Below are positions 17,374 through 26,428 of a stretch of 41,739 bases of DNA, in pieces. The notes below the pieces were generated by a model. The model saw nothing but the letters and a program-made list of their open reading frames with translations, did not search any database and had not been told where the DNA came from. The DNA is taken from positions 1-41,739 of IMG/VR virus record IMGVR_UViG_3300043414_000157. One strand, given 5' to 3'. The DNA is from a virus. Its lineage: Duplodnaviria > Caudoviricetes. The first letter of the stretch is position 1, and each line of letters opens with the position of its first letter. The position numbers were made by a program, and so were the translations under genes.

Positions 17374-17623
17374 GCAATGGTATTTATACCTTGTGAACTA
17401 TTGGGTTCCATTTCCTAGTAGTGAATATGGTGGCTTACAGTGCGTCTTAGCACGTACTAGAGAAGAAGCCAAAGAAGCTATTAAAGAAGCAGCAGGAGAG
17501 TTTATGGTTGGTTCTTTTAAAGATGCTGATGAGCGCATAGAGATGCGTATTAATAAGGGAGAAGTATTTCCTGTCATAGGAAGTTTTGATGAACCACATA
17601 TTGTAAGGAGTTTTGAAACATGA
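17321..17623 (+). CDS. Hypothetical protein
   Basis: AAGGA RBS; MGRPKK...YWVPFPSSEYGG. Confidence 0.75.
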   Translation: MGRPKKVQAEQVEPSTNEQWYLYLVNYWVPFPSSEYGGLQCVLARTREEAKEAIKEAAGEFMVGSFKDADERIEMRINKGEVFPVIGSFDEPHIVRSFET

Positions 17624-17802
17624 AGATTGAAGTTACACAATTTAATGAGAATGAAGATGGCTCAGCAGATTGTACCTTTGAAGCAGACAAGGAAGGCAAA
17701 GAAGCCCTGCTTCGTTATGGTTTAGTTGCCCTGTTAAAGGAAGCTATAGCACAGGGTCAAGCACTATCAGTTCCAGAAGAGGAGAATAAAGATGGACAAT
17801 GA
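17620..17802 (+). CDS. Hypothetical protein (60 aa)
   Basis: TAAGGAG RBS, ATGA overlap; ENEDGSA motif. Confidence 0.75.
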   Translation: MKIEVTQFNENEDGSADCTFEADKEGKEALLRYGLVALLKEAIAQGQALSVPEEENKDGQ

Positions 17803-18058
17803 TAAAACACGTTACATGTTTCATGTAGAAACAAAAGGATATAATTGTGATATAGACCATCGAGCATATCCTGATCTTATTCTGACAGAGTATGCCAGCT
17901 TCGATGGTAATGAACGATGGCCTGATGTGATGCGTTCCTTTGCTAGATTCTTAGGGCATATCTATGGCTATGATATTGAAAAGAAATTCAATGATCAGTT
18001 TGATGATTCGATAATTACCTTTATTCAACAAGAGCAAGACGAACAATGCGACACTTAG
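17792..18058 (+). CDS. Hypothetical protein (88 aa)
   Basis: GAGGAG RBS; fits the operon packing. Confidence 0.7.
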   Translation: MDNDKTRYMFHVETKGYNCDIDHRAYPDLILTEYASFDGNERWPDVMRSFARFLGHIYGYDIEKKFNDQFDDSIITFIQQEQDEQCDT

Positions 18059-18807
18059 TTATTCCTGATACACAATGCAAACCCGGAGTATCTTTAGATC
18101 ATCTGGAATGGGTTGGCAAGTATGCAGCAGATAAGAAACCAGATGTAATCATTCACCTTGGCGATCATTGGGATATGCCAAGTCTTTCAATTTATGATAT
18201 AGGGAAGAAAAGCTTTGAAGGCAGAACTTATCAAGCGGATATTGAAGCAGGGCATCTTGGAATGGAACTTCTTTTGGCTCCGATTAAAGCTGAACAAGAT
18301 CGTCTTAAGAGAAATAAAGACAAACAGTGGAACCCACGTCTTGTCTTTCTACTTGGAAACCATGAAGAACGCATTCAAAGAGCTATTGAGAGCGACAGAA
18401 AGTTGGATGGCCTCGTTGGTTATCACGACCTTAAACTCGCTTCTTATGGTTGGGAGTGTTATGATTTTCTTCAGCCTGTGGTGCTGGACGGCATTGCTTA
18501 TTGTCATTACTTTACTTCTGGTGTTATGGGAAGGCCTGTTAGCTCGCCTTCGTTAATGCTCTCTAAGAAGCACATGAGCTGTGTCATGGGGCACGTACAA
18601 GATAGAGGTATTGCCTATGCTCGTAGGGCTGATGGCAAGCGTATGACAGGTTTGTTTGCTGGCATCTGCTACCAACATGATGAAGGCTATCTTACTCCTC
18701 AAACCAACGGCTCTTGGGCTGGTGTGTGGATGTTCAATGAGGTGGTAGAAGGTAGCTTTGATGAACTACCAGTGAGCCTTACCTATCTACGTGAGACTTA
18801 CGCATGA
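18046..18807 (+). CDS. Calcineurin-like metallophosphoesterase
   Basis: IPDTQ, HLGDHWD, LGNHE, CH, MGHVQ. Confidence 0.92.
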   Translation: MRHLVIPDTQCKPGVSLDHLEWVGKYAADKKPDVIIHLGDHWDMPSLSIYDIGKKSFEGRTYQADIEAGHLGMELLLAPIKAEQDRLKRNKDKQWNPRLVFLLGNHEERIQRAIESDRKLDGLVGYHDLKLASYGWECYDFLQPVVLDGIAYCHYFTSGVMGRPVSSPSLMLSKKHMSCVMGHVQDRGIAYARRADGKRMTGLFAGICYQHDEGYLTPQTNGSWAGVWMFNEVVEGSFDELPVSLTYLRETYA

Positions 18808-18959
18808 GCCTGACTCTGTATGACATTGCTGACTTGCTAAGAAGGGAAGACTGTGTTACAATATTAGAATTGTTGGACATAAGCAGTGATGATCTTGTTG
18901 ATAGGTTTATGGATGTACTAGAGGACAAAGCCGACAAGCTTGAAAAGGAACTAGGATGA
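18804..18959 (+). CDS. Hypothetical acidic protein (51 aa, not in track)
   Basis: MSLTLYDIADLLRREDCVTILELLDISSDDLVDRFMDVLEDKADKLEKELG; ATGA overlaps. Confidence 0.75.
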   Translation: MSLTLYDIADLLRREDCVTILELLDISSDDLVDRFMDVLEDKADKLEKELG

Positions 18960-19114
18960 CAGATGATGTAACAAAGTTCTGGGATGCTCTTAGGGCAAAG
19001 TGGCCTGTACCTGTACGTCCATTACATAGCATTCAACTACAAGAACAGCTTATGCTTATTGAAGCTATCAACATAATACTAAGAACATTACAAAACAATG
19101 AAGGAAATAAATGA
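18956..19114 (+). CDS. Hypothetical protein (52 aa, not in track)
   Basis: MTDDVTKFWDALRAKWPVPVRPLHSIQLQEQLMLIEAINIILRTLQNNEGNK; AAGGA RBS, ATGA overlaps. Confidence 0.7.
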   Translation: MTDDVTKFWDALRAKWPVPVRPLHSIQLQEQLMLIEAINIILRTLQNNEGNK

Positions 19115-21015
19115 AGAACTACATGGGAAGCTACGAGCAGTTCATAGCTAAGAGTCGATATGCTCGTTACTTGGATAGCGAACAAAGACGTGAGAATTGG
19201 GATGAGACAGTGGCTCGTTACTTAGACTTTATGTACAAACATTTAGAAAAAGAACATGGCTATACCATCTCTGATATTTTGTATAAAGAACTTTATGATG
19301 CCATCTACAACATGGAGGTGATGCCTTCAATGCGTAGTGTTATGACTGCTGGAAAGGCTTTAGAACGTGACAACACTGCTGGCTATAATTGTTCTTATCT
19401 TCCTGTGGATGATCCTAAGTCCTTTGATGAGGCTATGTATATTCTTCTATGCGGTACTGGTGTTGGCTTTTCTGTTGAACGTCAGTTTGTACAAAAGCTA
19501 CCTGATATACCAGAACAACTCTTCAATAGTGATACCACTATCGTAGTTGCTGATAGCAAAGAAGGATGGGCTAAAGCTTTACGTCAGTGCATTGCCCTGC
19601 TCTACTCAGGTGAGATTCCTAAGTTTGATGTATCTAAGGTGCGTCCTGCTGGCGCTCGTCTGAAGGTGTTTGGTGGACGTGCTAGTGGCCCGGAACCTTT
19701 GAAGGAACTCTTTGTCTTTGTCAGTAACATCTTCAAGAATGCTGCTGGACGTAAGCTCAATAGCCTTGAGTGCCATGACATCATGTGTAAGATTGGTGAG
19801 GTGGTAGTTGTTGGTGGTGTCAGACGCAGTGCTATGATTAGCTTGTCTAACTTATCAGATGATCGTATGCGTCATGCTAAGAGTGGTGCATGGTGGGAGA
19901 AGAATCCACAACGTGCATTAGCTAACAACAGTGCTTGCTATACAGAGCGTCCTGATATGGGCATCTTTATGCAAGAGTGGACTAGCCTGTATGAGAGCAA
20001 GAGTGGTGAGCGTGGTGTGTTCAATCGTGAAGCTGCTAAAAACATTGTGAAAAAGAATGGAAGACGTTCTCCTGACTTTGACTTTGGAACTAACCCATGC
20101 TCTGAGATTATTCTTAGACCATATCAGTTCTGTAACTTGTCTGAGATTGTAGTTCGTTCTGAGGATACAGTTGATAGCTTGAAACGTAAGGCACGTTTAG
20201 CCACAATCTTAGGTACATTCCAGAGTACATTGACCCACTTCCCATACCTACGTAAGGTGTGGCAGAAGAACACTGAGGAAGAGCGTCTGTTGGGTGTATC
20301 AATGACAGGCATCATGGACAACTCAAGGCTTAACAATCCTAATGATATGGGTGTTGGTGTATTACTGGAGCAAATCAAGAATGTCTGTGTCGCAACAAAC
20401 CAGCTTCTGGCAGAACAGCTTGGCATTCCTCAGTCCGCTGCTATTACATGTGTTAAACCTTCTGGCACTGTTAGTCAGCTTACCGATAGTGCTTCTGGTA
20501 TTCATGCTCGCCATGCTGCTTACTATTTTAGACGGGTTCGTGCTGATATTAAAGACCCTCTTACGCAACACCTAATTGCAGCAGGAGTAGAAGCAGAACC
20601 CTGTGTCATGAAACCTGACCAGACAATGGTATTTACCTTCCCTAAGAAAGCACCAGAGGGAGCCTTGTTGCGTGATGGTCTAACAGCCCTTGAGCATTTA
20701 CGTTTATGGCTTGTATTCCAGCGTCACTGGTGTGAGCACAAACCCTCTGTCACCATATCTGTTAAGGAACATGAGTGGATGGAAGTTGGAGCTTTTGTAT
20801 GGGAACACTTTGATGAGATGAGTGGTGTGTCTTTCTTGCCCTATGATGGTGGCTCGTATCGACAGGCTCCTTATGAGGATTGCACTAAAGAGCAATACGA
20901 AGCTTTGATGGCTATCACCCCACAAGAGATTGATTGGGACAGCTTAATTGAAGTGGAAGATAATGTAGAAGGTACACAGATGCTTGCATGTGTGTCTGGT
21001 GTTTGTGAAATTTAA
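19111..21015 (+). CDS. nrdJ: Class II (adenosylcobalamin-dependent) ribonucleotide reductase
   Basis: GYNCSY, GTGVGFSVE, GGVRRSAMI, TNPCSEI, FCNLSE, TCVKPSGTVS and C-terminal CVSGVCEI. No beta-subunit gene nearby. Confidence 0.93.
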   Translation: MKNYMGSYEQFIAKSRYARYLDSEQRRENWDETVARYLDFMYKHLEKEHGYTISDILYKELYDAIYNMEVMPSMRSVMTAGKALERDNTAGYNCSYLPVDDPKSFDEAMYILLCGTGVGFSVERQFVQKLPDIPEQLFNSDTTIVVADSKEGWAKALRQCIALLYSGEIPKFDVSKVRPAGARLKVFGGRASGPEPLKELFVFVSNIFKNAAGRKLNSLECHDIMCKIGEVVVVGGVRRSAMISLSNLSDDRMRHAKSGAWWEKNPQRALANNSACYTERPDMGIFMQEWTSLYESKSGERGVFNREAAKNIVKKNGRRSPDFDFGTNPCSEIILRPYQFCNLSEIVVRSEDTVDSLKRKARLATILGTFQSTLTHFPYLRKVWQKNTEEERLLGVSMTGIMDNSRLNNPNDMGVGVLLEQIKNVCVATNQLLAEQLGIPQSAAITCVKPSGTVSQLTDSASGIHARHAAYYFRRVRADIKDPLTQHLIAAGVEAEPCVMKPDQTMVFTFPKKAPEGALLRDGLTALEHLRLWLVFQRHWCEHKPSVTISVKEHEWMEVGAFVWEHFDEMSGVSFLPYDGGSYRQAPYEDCTKEQYEALMAITPQEIDWDSLIEVEDNVEGTQMLACVSGVCEI

Positions 21016-21024
21016 GGAGAAATT

Positions 21025-21213
21025 ATGATTATGTTTAAACTGCGTCAGGGCATTGGCTTCGATATTGAATACAATGAAGACATCTGCCACATTGTTACTA
21101 ATGGAACAGATGAGAATGTAGTAGCCTTTGCTGGTGCACTCATTAAGATTCCATTCATCACCATCTACATTGGAGACTTCTACGACTTAGAAGATGAACC
21201 TGTGAAGGTATAA
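21025..21213 (+). CDS. Hypothetical protein (62 aa), last gene of the rightward arm
   Basis: TAAGGAG RBS. Confidence 0.7.
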   Translation: MIMFKLRQGIGFDIEYNEDICHIVTNGTDENVVAFAGALIKIPFITIYIGDFYDLEDEPVKV

Positions 21214-21214
21214 C

Positions 21215-21247
21215 AAAAAAGGGGACTATTAAGTCCCCTTTCTTTTT
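21215..21247. terminator. Bidirectional rho-independent terminator between the arms
   Basis: AAAAAA-GGGGACT-atta-AGTCCCC-TTTCTTTTT between convergent genes. Confidence 0.92.
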
Positions 21248-21248
21248 G

Positions 21249-21264
21249 GTAACTACGAAGTTAC
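21249..21264. promoter_or_regulatory. Palindromic motif copy 9 (GTAACTACGAAGTTAC)
   Basis: Exact match, abutting the terminator and overlapping the stop of the last late gene. Confidence 0.8.
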
Positions 21265-23285
21265 TTTCTAAACTCCACTTTATTTTGTGCAGCCTTCTTA
21301 ATAATAATTTCATTATAGAAGTCAGCAGCAAACTTAGGATCTGTCTTGTAGTATTTAGCTGCTGTTTCTTTAGCACCAGCCTCTCTGCTTCTTGCTAGAA
21401 GATCTCTAATAGCTTTCTCTTGTTGAAACTCATCAAGCTTTTGCCACTGAGGACTATTCATTGTCTTCTCTAAACCACTAGCAAACCAACCACCAGCACG
21501 TTGACTATAGAAAGAAAGCTGCTCTCCTGTTAATTCAATATTACCTACTTTCTTACCAATACCTTTGATGTCCACATCAATTGTACTTAGACGCTTCTGA
21601 AGTTCTGTTGGTGTAAATACTTTAACACCAAGAAGTACTTCACTAAGGCTTGTGTTAACAGGTTGTCCCATATTATCATAACGTACAGGAAGTTTATCTC
21701 TTAAGCCGGGAATACGAGATACAAGTCTATCTGTAAAACTAACAACTTGTCTTTCATATTCATCAAAGCTACGTGCCACACTAGAAAGACCAGCAGGAAC
21801 AATAGCAGTTGAGAATGAATCAATAAAGCGTTTACCAGCCCTATCTGGATTTAGGGCAGCATCGGCTGCTTTAGCAAGACCCTCAACAAAAGACTTATTC
21901 AATATATTATCTGAAACACTTTGTAAAGTCTCACCAATAAAATAGTCAGCTATCTCTGCTTTTGATTTAGTATCAAACTCTTTACTATTTTTTACATAGT
22001 CATTATATATTTGATGTGCATCTGTAGCTAAACCAAAGATTGTTGCTAATGGTTCAATGCGAGAATAGCTATACCAAGAATCTCCAACTCTGATAGAATA
22101 CTTTGGCAAATCACCTTTAGGATTTGAGCCTGTTATGTATCCTTGTTCAACCAAAGAGTTAACATACATAGTGGCAGCAAAACCAAATATTTGTTTAGCA
22201 AGTAAACGCTCCCTTTGTACTGGCATATTTATTGCCCATTCAAAGTTTCCTGTTCCTCTTCCAAGAACTGGATCAATGGTTTCTTTTCTGACAGCTAAAC
22301 CAATGCCCGGAATATATGATCTTCCTTCTTTGATAATGTTGTATGGTGTTCTAATAAAAGCAGCAACCAATGCACCACCTAATGGATATTTATTTCTTAG
22401 CTCTTGAATAGATGCTGCAAGTGGGCTAAGTCTTTCTTGAAATACTTTTTCTTTTGCAAAGCCTCCAATCTCAATAGCAGCTTTGATACCAAATGTCTCA
22501 CGCATTAATGAGTCCCAATTGTCTGGAGTCATTCGCTGTTCTGTTGCCTTGACATATGCTTCTTGTGGAGAGACACCAAACTTCTCAGCCAATAGGTCAG
22601 CATCTCTATAAGCTTTAGCATTAAATTCTACTCTACGTAAAACAGCTTTCCAAAACTCATCAATTGATAAACCAGCTTTAGAGCCAAGTCTTAATATTTT
22701 ACCAACAGTTCCGGGAATTGCTTCAGTGTTGTAGTCATATATTTTCTCTGCAAGCATATCTGTTCGTGCATCATCAAGGCCATACTTAATTCCGAAGTCT
22801 CTTAGTTCTTTAGCATTAGCGCCTATAGTAGCAAGATTAATTTTAAAATCAGAAGGCTTTCCTGTAATCCACCCACTCTTAGAAAAATCTGAGCCTTCGC
22901 TAAAGCCTTGCATCAAGCTCTTTAGCATAATAATACCTTCCCCACTCCTGCGTTGATCAGGTTTATTAGCCGTAATCTTTCCTACAATAGCTTCTAGTTC
23001 TCTTAACATGGGAGCCATCAATGTTTGAGTTGCCCCAGACAAAATGTTTGTTGACAGATTGGTTGCAGATGTTAAGTAACCATTGATGACATACTCAGCA
23101 GTCATGTCTCGTATCTTCTTAAAGCTTGCTCCTTCTTTAATGACACGCCCTGTCATCTCGCTCTTAAGAATGTTTGCTTCCGCTTGTGTTAGCTGACCAT
23201 TCTTTGCAATATCATCAACAAGTTTGTGCATGTCAGCCATTGCTAAAATGTTTAACGTACACTTTGGATCAAATTTACCAGCCAT
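21261..23285 (-). CDS. Internal virion (ejection) protein, LPD38-like C-terminal region
   Basis: Last of four large genes after the tail genes. FIRTPYNI, WYSYSRIEPLAT, NKSFVEGL. Start reassigned to MAGKFDP with TAAGGA RBS. Confidence 0.75.
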   Translation of the reverse strand: MAGKFDPKCTLNILAMADMHKLVDDIAKNGQLTQAEANILKSEMTGRVIKEGASFKKIRDMTAEYVINGYLTSATNLSTNILSGATQTLMAPMLRELEAIVGKITANKPDQRRSGEGIIMLKSLMQGFSEGSDFSKSGWITGKPSDFKINLATIGANAKELRDFGIKYGLDDARTDMLAEKIYDYNTEAIPGTVGKILRLGSKAGLSIDEFWKAVLRRVEFNAKAYRDADLLAEKFGVSPQEAYVKATEQRMTPDNWDSLMRETFGIKAAIEIGGFAKEKVFQERLSPLAASIQELRNKYPLGGALVAAFIRTPYNIIKEGRSYIPGIGLAVRKETIDPVLGRGTGNFEWAINMPVQRERLLAKQIFGFAATMYVNSLVEQGYITGSNPKGDLPKYSIRVGDSWYSYSRIEPLATIFGLATDAHQIYNDYVKNSKEFDTKSKAEIADYFIGETLQSVSDNILNKSFVEGLAKAADAALNPDRAGKRFIDSFSTAIVPAGLSSVARSFDEYERQVVSFTDRLVSRIPGLRDKLPVRYDNMGQPVNTSLSEVLLGVKVFTPTELQKRLSTIDVDIKGIGKKVGNIELTGEQLSFYSQRAGGWFASGLEKTMNSPQWQKLDEFQQEKAIRDLLARSREAGAKETAAKYYKTDPKFAADFYNEIIIKKAAQNKVEFRK

Positions 23286-23293
23286 AATATTCC

Positions 23294-25315
23294 TTATTGA
23301 CAATCAACACCGGGTTGAAATAGTCCTTTAACTTGTTTACCAGCTTCATACTCTGCCTTAGCCAGCTTAAAAGCATTGAGGGTGTCAGAAGCTTTTGTTC
23401 TTTGTCCCTGATAGATACCTAGTACACCAATAGGAAGCTGGCTCTTGTATGTCAATGTTTGTAGAGCAGCATCAGTGAGTTCTCCTGCGTCACGTAAGCG
23501 ATTAATCTCTGCAAGATTTGCGGACAAAGTGACTCGTGCTTCTTCATAGACAGGACGGAAGGCTTCTACCTCAGCCCTATTCCAACTCTTGTCTATGTTA
23601 GGGAATGTACCATCATCATTTTGTTTGAACACCCAGTCTTCTATTGAGCCTTCTTCTCTCTGCATCTTTGCAGCAGCCTTCTCACCAGCCTTCATTGTTC
23701 CTTCAAGGCTACCACCAAACTCACCACGTCCACGCAGTTGTCTTCCCTTGTTGCCAAGGACACCAACAGCTTTAGCGAATAAACTATTCCATTGCTCATT
23801 GTCTGAAATAGGAGCTACATCAGCACCACGTGTTTGTCCACCAGTAAGAAGCTTCTCTGCATTGGTAGCAAATGGAACGCTCTCAGCATACAGAAGTTCT
23901 CTAGGAGTGGCAGCAGAGCCACCGCTTTGGAAGCCTCTAGTAGGAGCAGCAGGAGCCTCCATAGGGGTAGGCATAGGAGCACCTTGAACAGAAGCTTCTT
24001 GAGCCATTCTAGTAGCTTCTTGAGGTATTGGTTCTGTTCTGCCTGTACGTTCTAGCACTTGTTGCATACGAGCATCACGAGCAGCCACTTGCTGTGGTAA
24101 GACTCCTTGTCTTGTTTCAACCTGTATGGGAAACTCTTTAGCAGGAGGAACTATAGTAGCTTTTAGTTGTTCAACTTGAGCCTTCTTGGTTTCAATTTGT
24201 TTGATTAGATATTGCTGTGCTGTGCCTTGTTTGGCAGCTTCAACAATCTGTTGTTTGATAACAGGAACTTCTTCTGGTGCTGCACTCTTAAATAAAGCAG
24301 CCACTTGTTTAGCAGGAGTTTCTGGTGTAGGAGCAATAAGACCAAACTTAGCAGCAAGGTCTTGTCCCTCTGGAGCTTTGAATAAAGCAGCTACTTGCTT
24401 TTCTGTTGGCACTTTGGTTGGTTCTTTTAAACCAAGTAAGTCTCCCACTTGTTTCTCTGGTTGTTGTCTTTGTACATTGGCAAGGTCTGTCTCATGCTTA
24501 GTAATCTCAGCCTCTGTCTTAGCAATGCGCTCTTCAACAAGCTTAAGTTGTACAGGGTCAAGAGGCTCACGTACAGGAGGAACTCCCTCAGCCTGTGCTC
24601 TACGCAGATAGGCAGGAGTCTCATAGTTAACAGCTTGTGCTGCCTTTGCTTCGGCTGCTTGTTTACTTGGAGGATTATCAATAGCCTTAGCTACATCATC
24701 AATGGCAGCATTAGCAGTGTCTTGTCCTGCTGCTTTGATGGCTCTCTTCTCAAGGAAGTTTATAACCCCCTCACTAGCCTTGCCTAAGCCAGCACCAAAG
24801 ACAGTACCAACAGCAGTACCAGCTACTGTATTAAACAAACGGCTCTCTTCTGGTGTGAGGACAGGCTCTAATGCACCACTAAGTGCTCCTTGTACTGCTC
24901 CCTGTTTAGCCATAGTGCCAGCAAGGGTTGCAGCCTTCAAGCCTTTAAGGGCAAAGGCAGGGGCTGTAATAGGGTCAGCAATAGCACCAGCAAGCTCACC
25001 AATAGTACCAGCAATAGGAGCATTAGCAGAAGCAATGTTTGCTGCTGTACGTTCAGCTAAAGCCCTATCTTTATTAAGACCGCCATAAAGATCTACGGCT
25101 CCTTTAATGCTACTACCACCAGCTTGAATGAAACGCTTCATAGCTCCAGTAAAAGCTGTCTCTCCCATCAGTGTGGAAATAATCTGCTCATCAGTAACTC
25201 CTGCTTTACGAGCAGCTTGATAATCATAATTATTTCTATCTGCTAGAGTAGGAACAATATCTGTTGGAGTTAAACCAGCAGCAAGTGCATCTTCTAAGGC
25301 ATAATAGTCTGCCAT
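23294..25315 (-). CDS. Internal virion (ejection) protein
   Basis: 673 aa. N-terminal Gly/Ala-rich hydrophobic segments, a low-complexity middle with KQVAALFK repeats, and position in the ejection block. Confidence 0.7.
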   Translation of the reverse strand: MADYYALEDALAAGLTPTDIVPTLADRNNYDYQAARKAGVTDEQIISTLMGETAFTGAMKRFIQAGGSSIKGAVDLYGGLNKDRALAERTAANIASANAPIAGTIGELAGAIADPITAPAFALKGLKAATLAGTMAKQGAVQGALSGALEPVLTPEESRLFNTVAGTAVGTVFGAGLGKASEGVINFLEKRAIKAAGQDTANAAIDDVAKAIDNPPSKQAAEAKAAQAVNYETPAYLRRAQAEGVPPVREPLDPVQLKLVEERIAKTEAEITKHETDLANVQRQQPEKQVGDLLGLKEPTKVPTEKQVAALFKAPEGQDLAAKFGLIAPTPETPAKQVAALFKSAAPEEVPVIKQQIVEAAKQGTAQQYLIKQIETKKAQVEQLKATIVPPAKEFPIQVETRQGVLPQQVAARDARMQQVLERTGRTEPIPQEATRMAQEASVQGAPMPTPMEAPAAPTRGFQSGGSAATPRELLYAESVPFATNAEKLLTGGQTRGADVAPISDNEQWNSLFAKAVGVLGNKGRQLRGRGEFGGSLEGTMKAGEKAAAKMQREEGSIEDWVFKQNDDGTFPNIDKSWNRAEVEAFRPVYEEARVTLSANLAEINRLRDAGELTDAALQTLTYKSQLPIGVLGIYQGQRTKASDTLNAFKLAKAEYEAGKQVKGLFQPGVDCQ

Positions 25316-26419
25316 TTAATTACCCATTGGATTTGAATAAGCTGCTGGTTCTGAACTTCTAAAGAAAGATTTTGGATCAGGCTTATTAGCAGCAGGAGCA
25401 GGGATAGCACCAGCGGCAGCAGGAACAGTGGCAGCAGGAACACCAATACCTTGCTCTTTAGCTGCTTGGTTAACGTTGTCATAAATGTTACCATCTTTGC
25501 CACGCACTTTTCCTGACTTAGGATTGATAGCACCCACATAAAGCTTAACAGGAGGAGCACCGGGAAACTCAGCAGGAACTTGCACAGAAGCTGGCTGTGA
25601 GAAGTTCTCTTGGTTCATCTTCTCACGAGCAATATTATTTGCAGCAGCACTGCTTCCTTCCATTGCTTTCCAATGTGCAGCTTGTGCAGCAGCATGGTCT
25701 TGTTTAATCTTAAGCTCAGAAGCTGCTGTTGCTATTTTATTATCAATGTCTTTAATCTTTCCAGCAGCCATTTCTCTTTCAACCACTGTTAACTGTTTAC
25801 CAGTTGATGGATTAACTCCAGTTGCTAATGCTTGTTGATAGAAGTTTCTATTACCTGTATCACCACGCAAAGCTTCTTCAGCAGTCTGTACTTCAAGAGC
25901 ACTCTTCTTAAGAGAATCAGGCCACAACTTTGTTTCTTGGTCAAACTTCTGTTTAGCTCTAGCATCTGCTTCAACCTGACGTTGCTCAGCAGACACAGCA
26001 CGACCTTCGCCTGATACAGCACGAGCCTCTTGGCTTGTTGCCAAAGTCATTGCTTGTTCATCTCTCTTAGCTGCACGAGCACGTTCTGTTGCAGCCATAG
26101 CATCTTGTGTAAGACCACGAGCAGCTAAGCCTTTAGCAAGGTTAGAATACATCTCTGCATCTGTGCCGCCCATACGTGTGGCTTCTGCCATTGCTTCGTT
26201 CACACCTTGAATGCGAACTTCATCAGGTGCTCTACCACCTAAAAGCCTACCAGCACCATATCCTATACCAGCACCAGCATCACGCCCCATTGCTGTTATC
26301 TGTTGTAATAAACTAAGCTGATTCATTTGAGCAGGAGAGGACATCATACCTTCAAGGTATTGCTGACCAGCCTGTTGTTGTGTTGGTAAATTAAAGAGAC
26401 CTTCAACTGTTGTTGCCAT
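25316..26419 (-). CDS. Internal virion (ejection) protein
   Basis: 367 aa, Ala/Gln-rich helical, with an N-terminal Gly-rich hydrophobic segment. Confidence 0.65.
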   Translation of the reverse strand: MATTVEGLFNLPTQQQAGQQYLEGMMSSPAQMNQLSLLQQITAMGRDAGAGIGYGAGRLLGGRAPDEVRIQGVNEAMAEATRMGGTDAEMYSNLAKGLAARGLTQDAMAATERARAAKRDEQAMTLATSQEARAVSGEGRAVSAEQRQVEADARAKQKFDQETKLWPDSLKKSALEVQTAEEALRGDTGNRNFYQQALATGVNPSTGKQLTVVEREMAAGKIKDIDNKIATAASELKIKQDHAAAQAAHWKAMEGSSAAANNIAREKMNQENFSQPASVQVPAEFPGAPPVKLYVGAINPKSGKVRGKDGNIYDNVNQAAKEQGIGVPAATVPAAAGAIPAPAANKPDPKSFFRSSEPAAYSNPMGN

Positions 26420-26428
26420 AATTATTCC

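Noticed and set aside
13870-21015. Introns or inteins in the polymerase or reductase
   Set aside because: Both ORFs are continuous and of compact size, with no splicing motifs.
6323-21213. Temperate lifestyle or alternative genetic code
   Set aside because: No integrase, CI-like repressor or ParA was recognised, and genes are intact and densely packed under the standard bacterial code.
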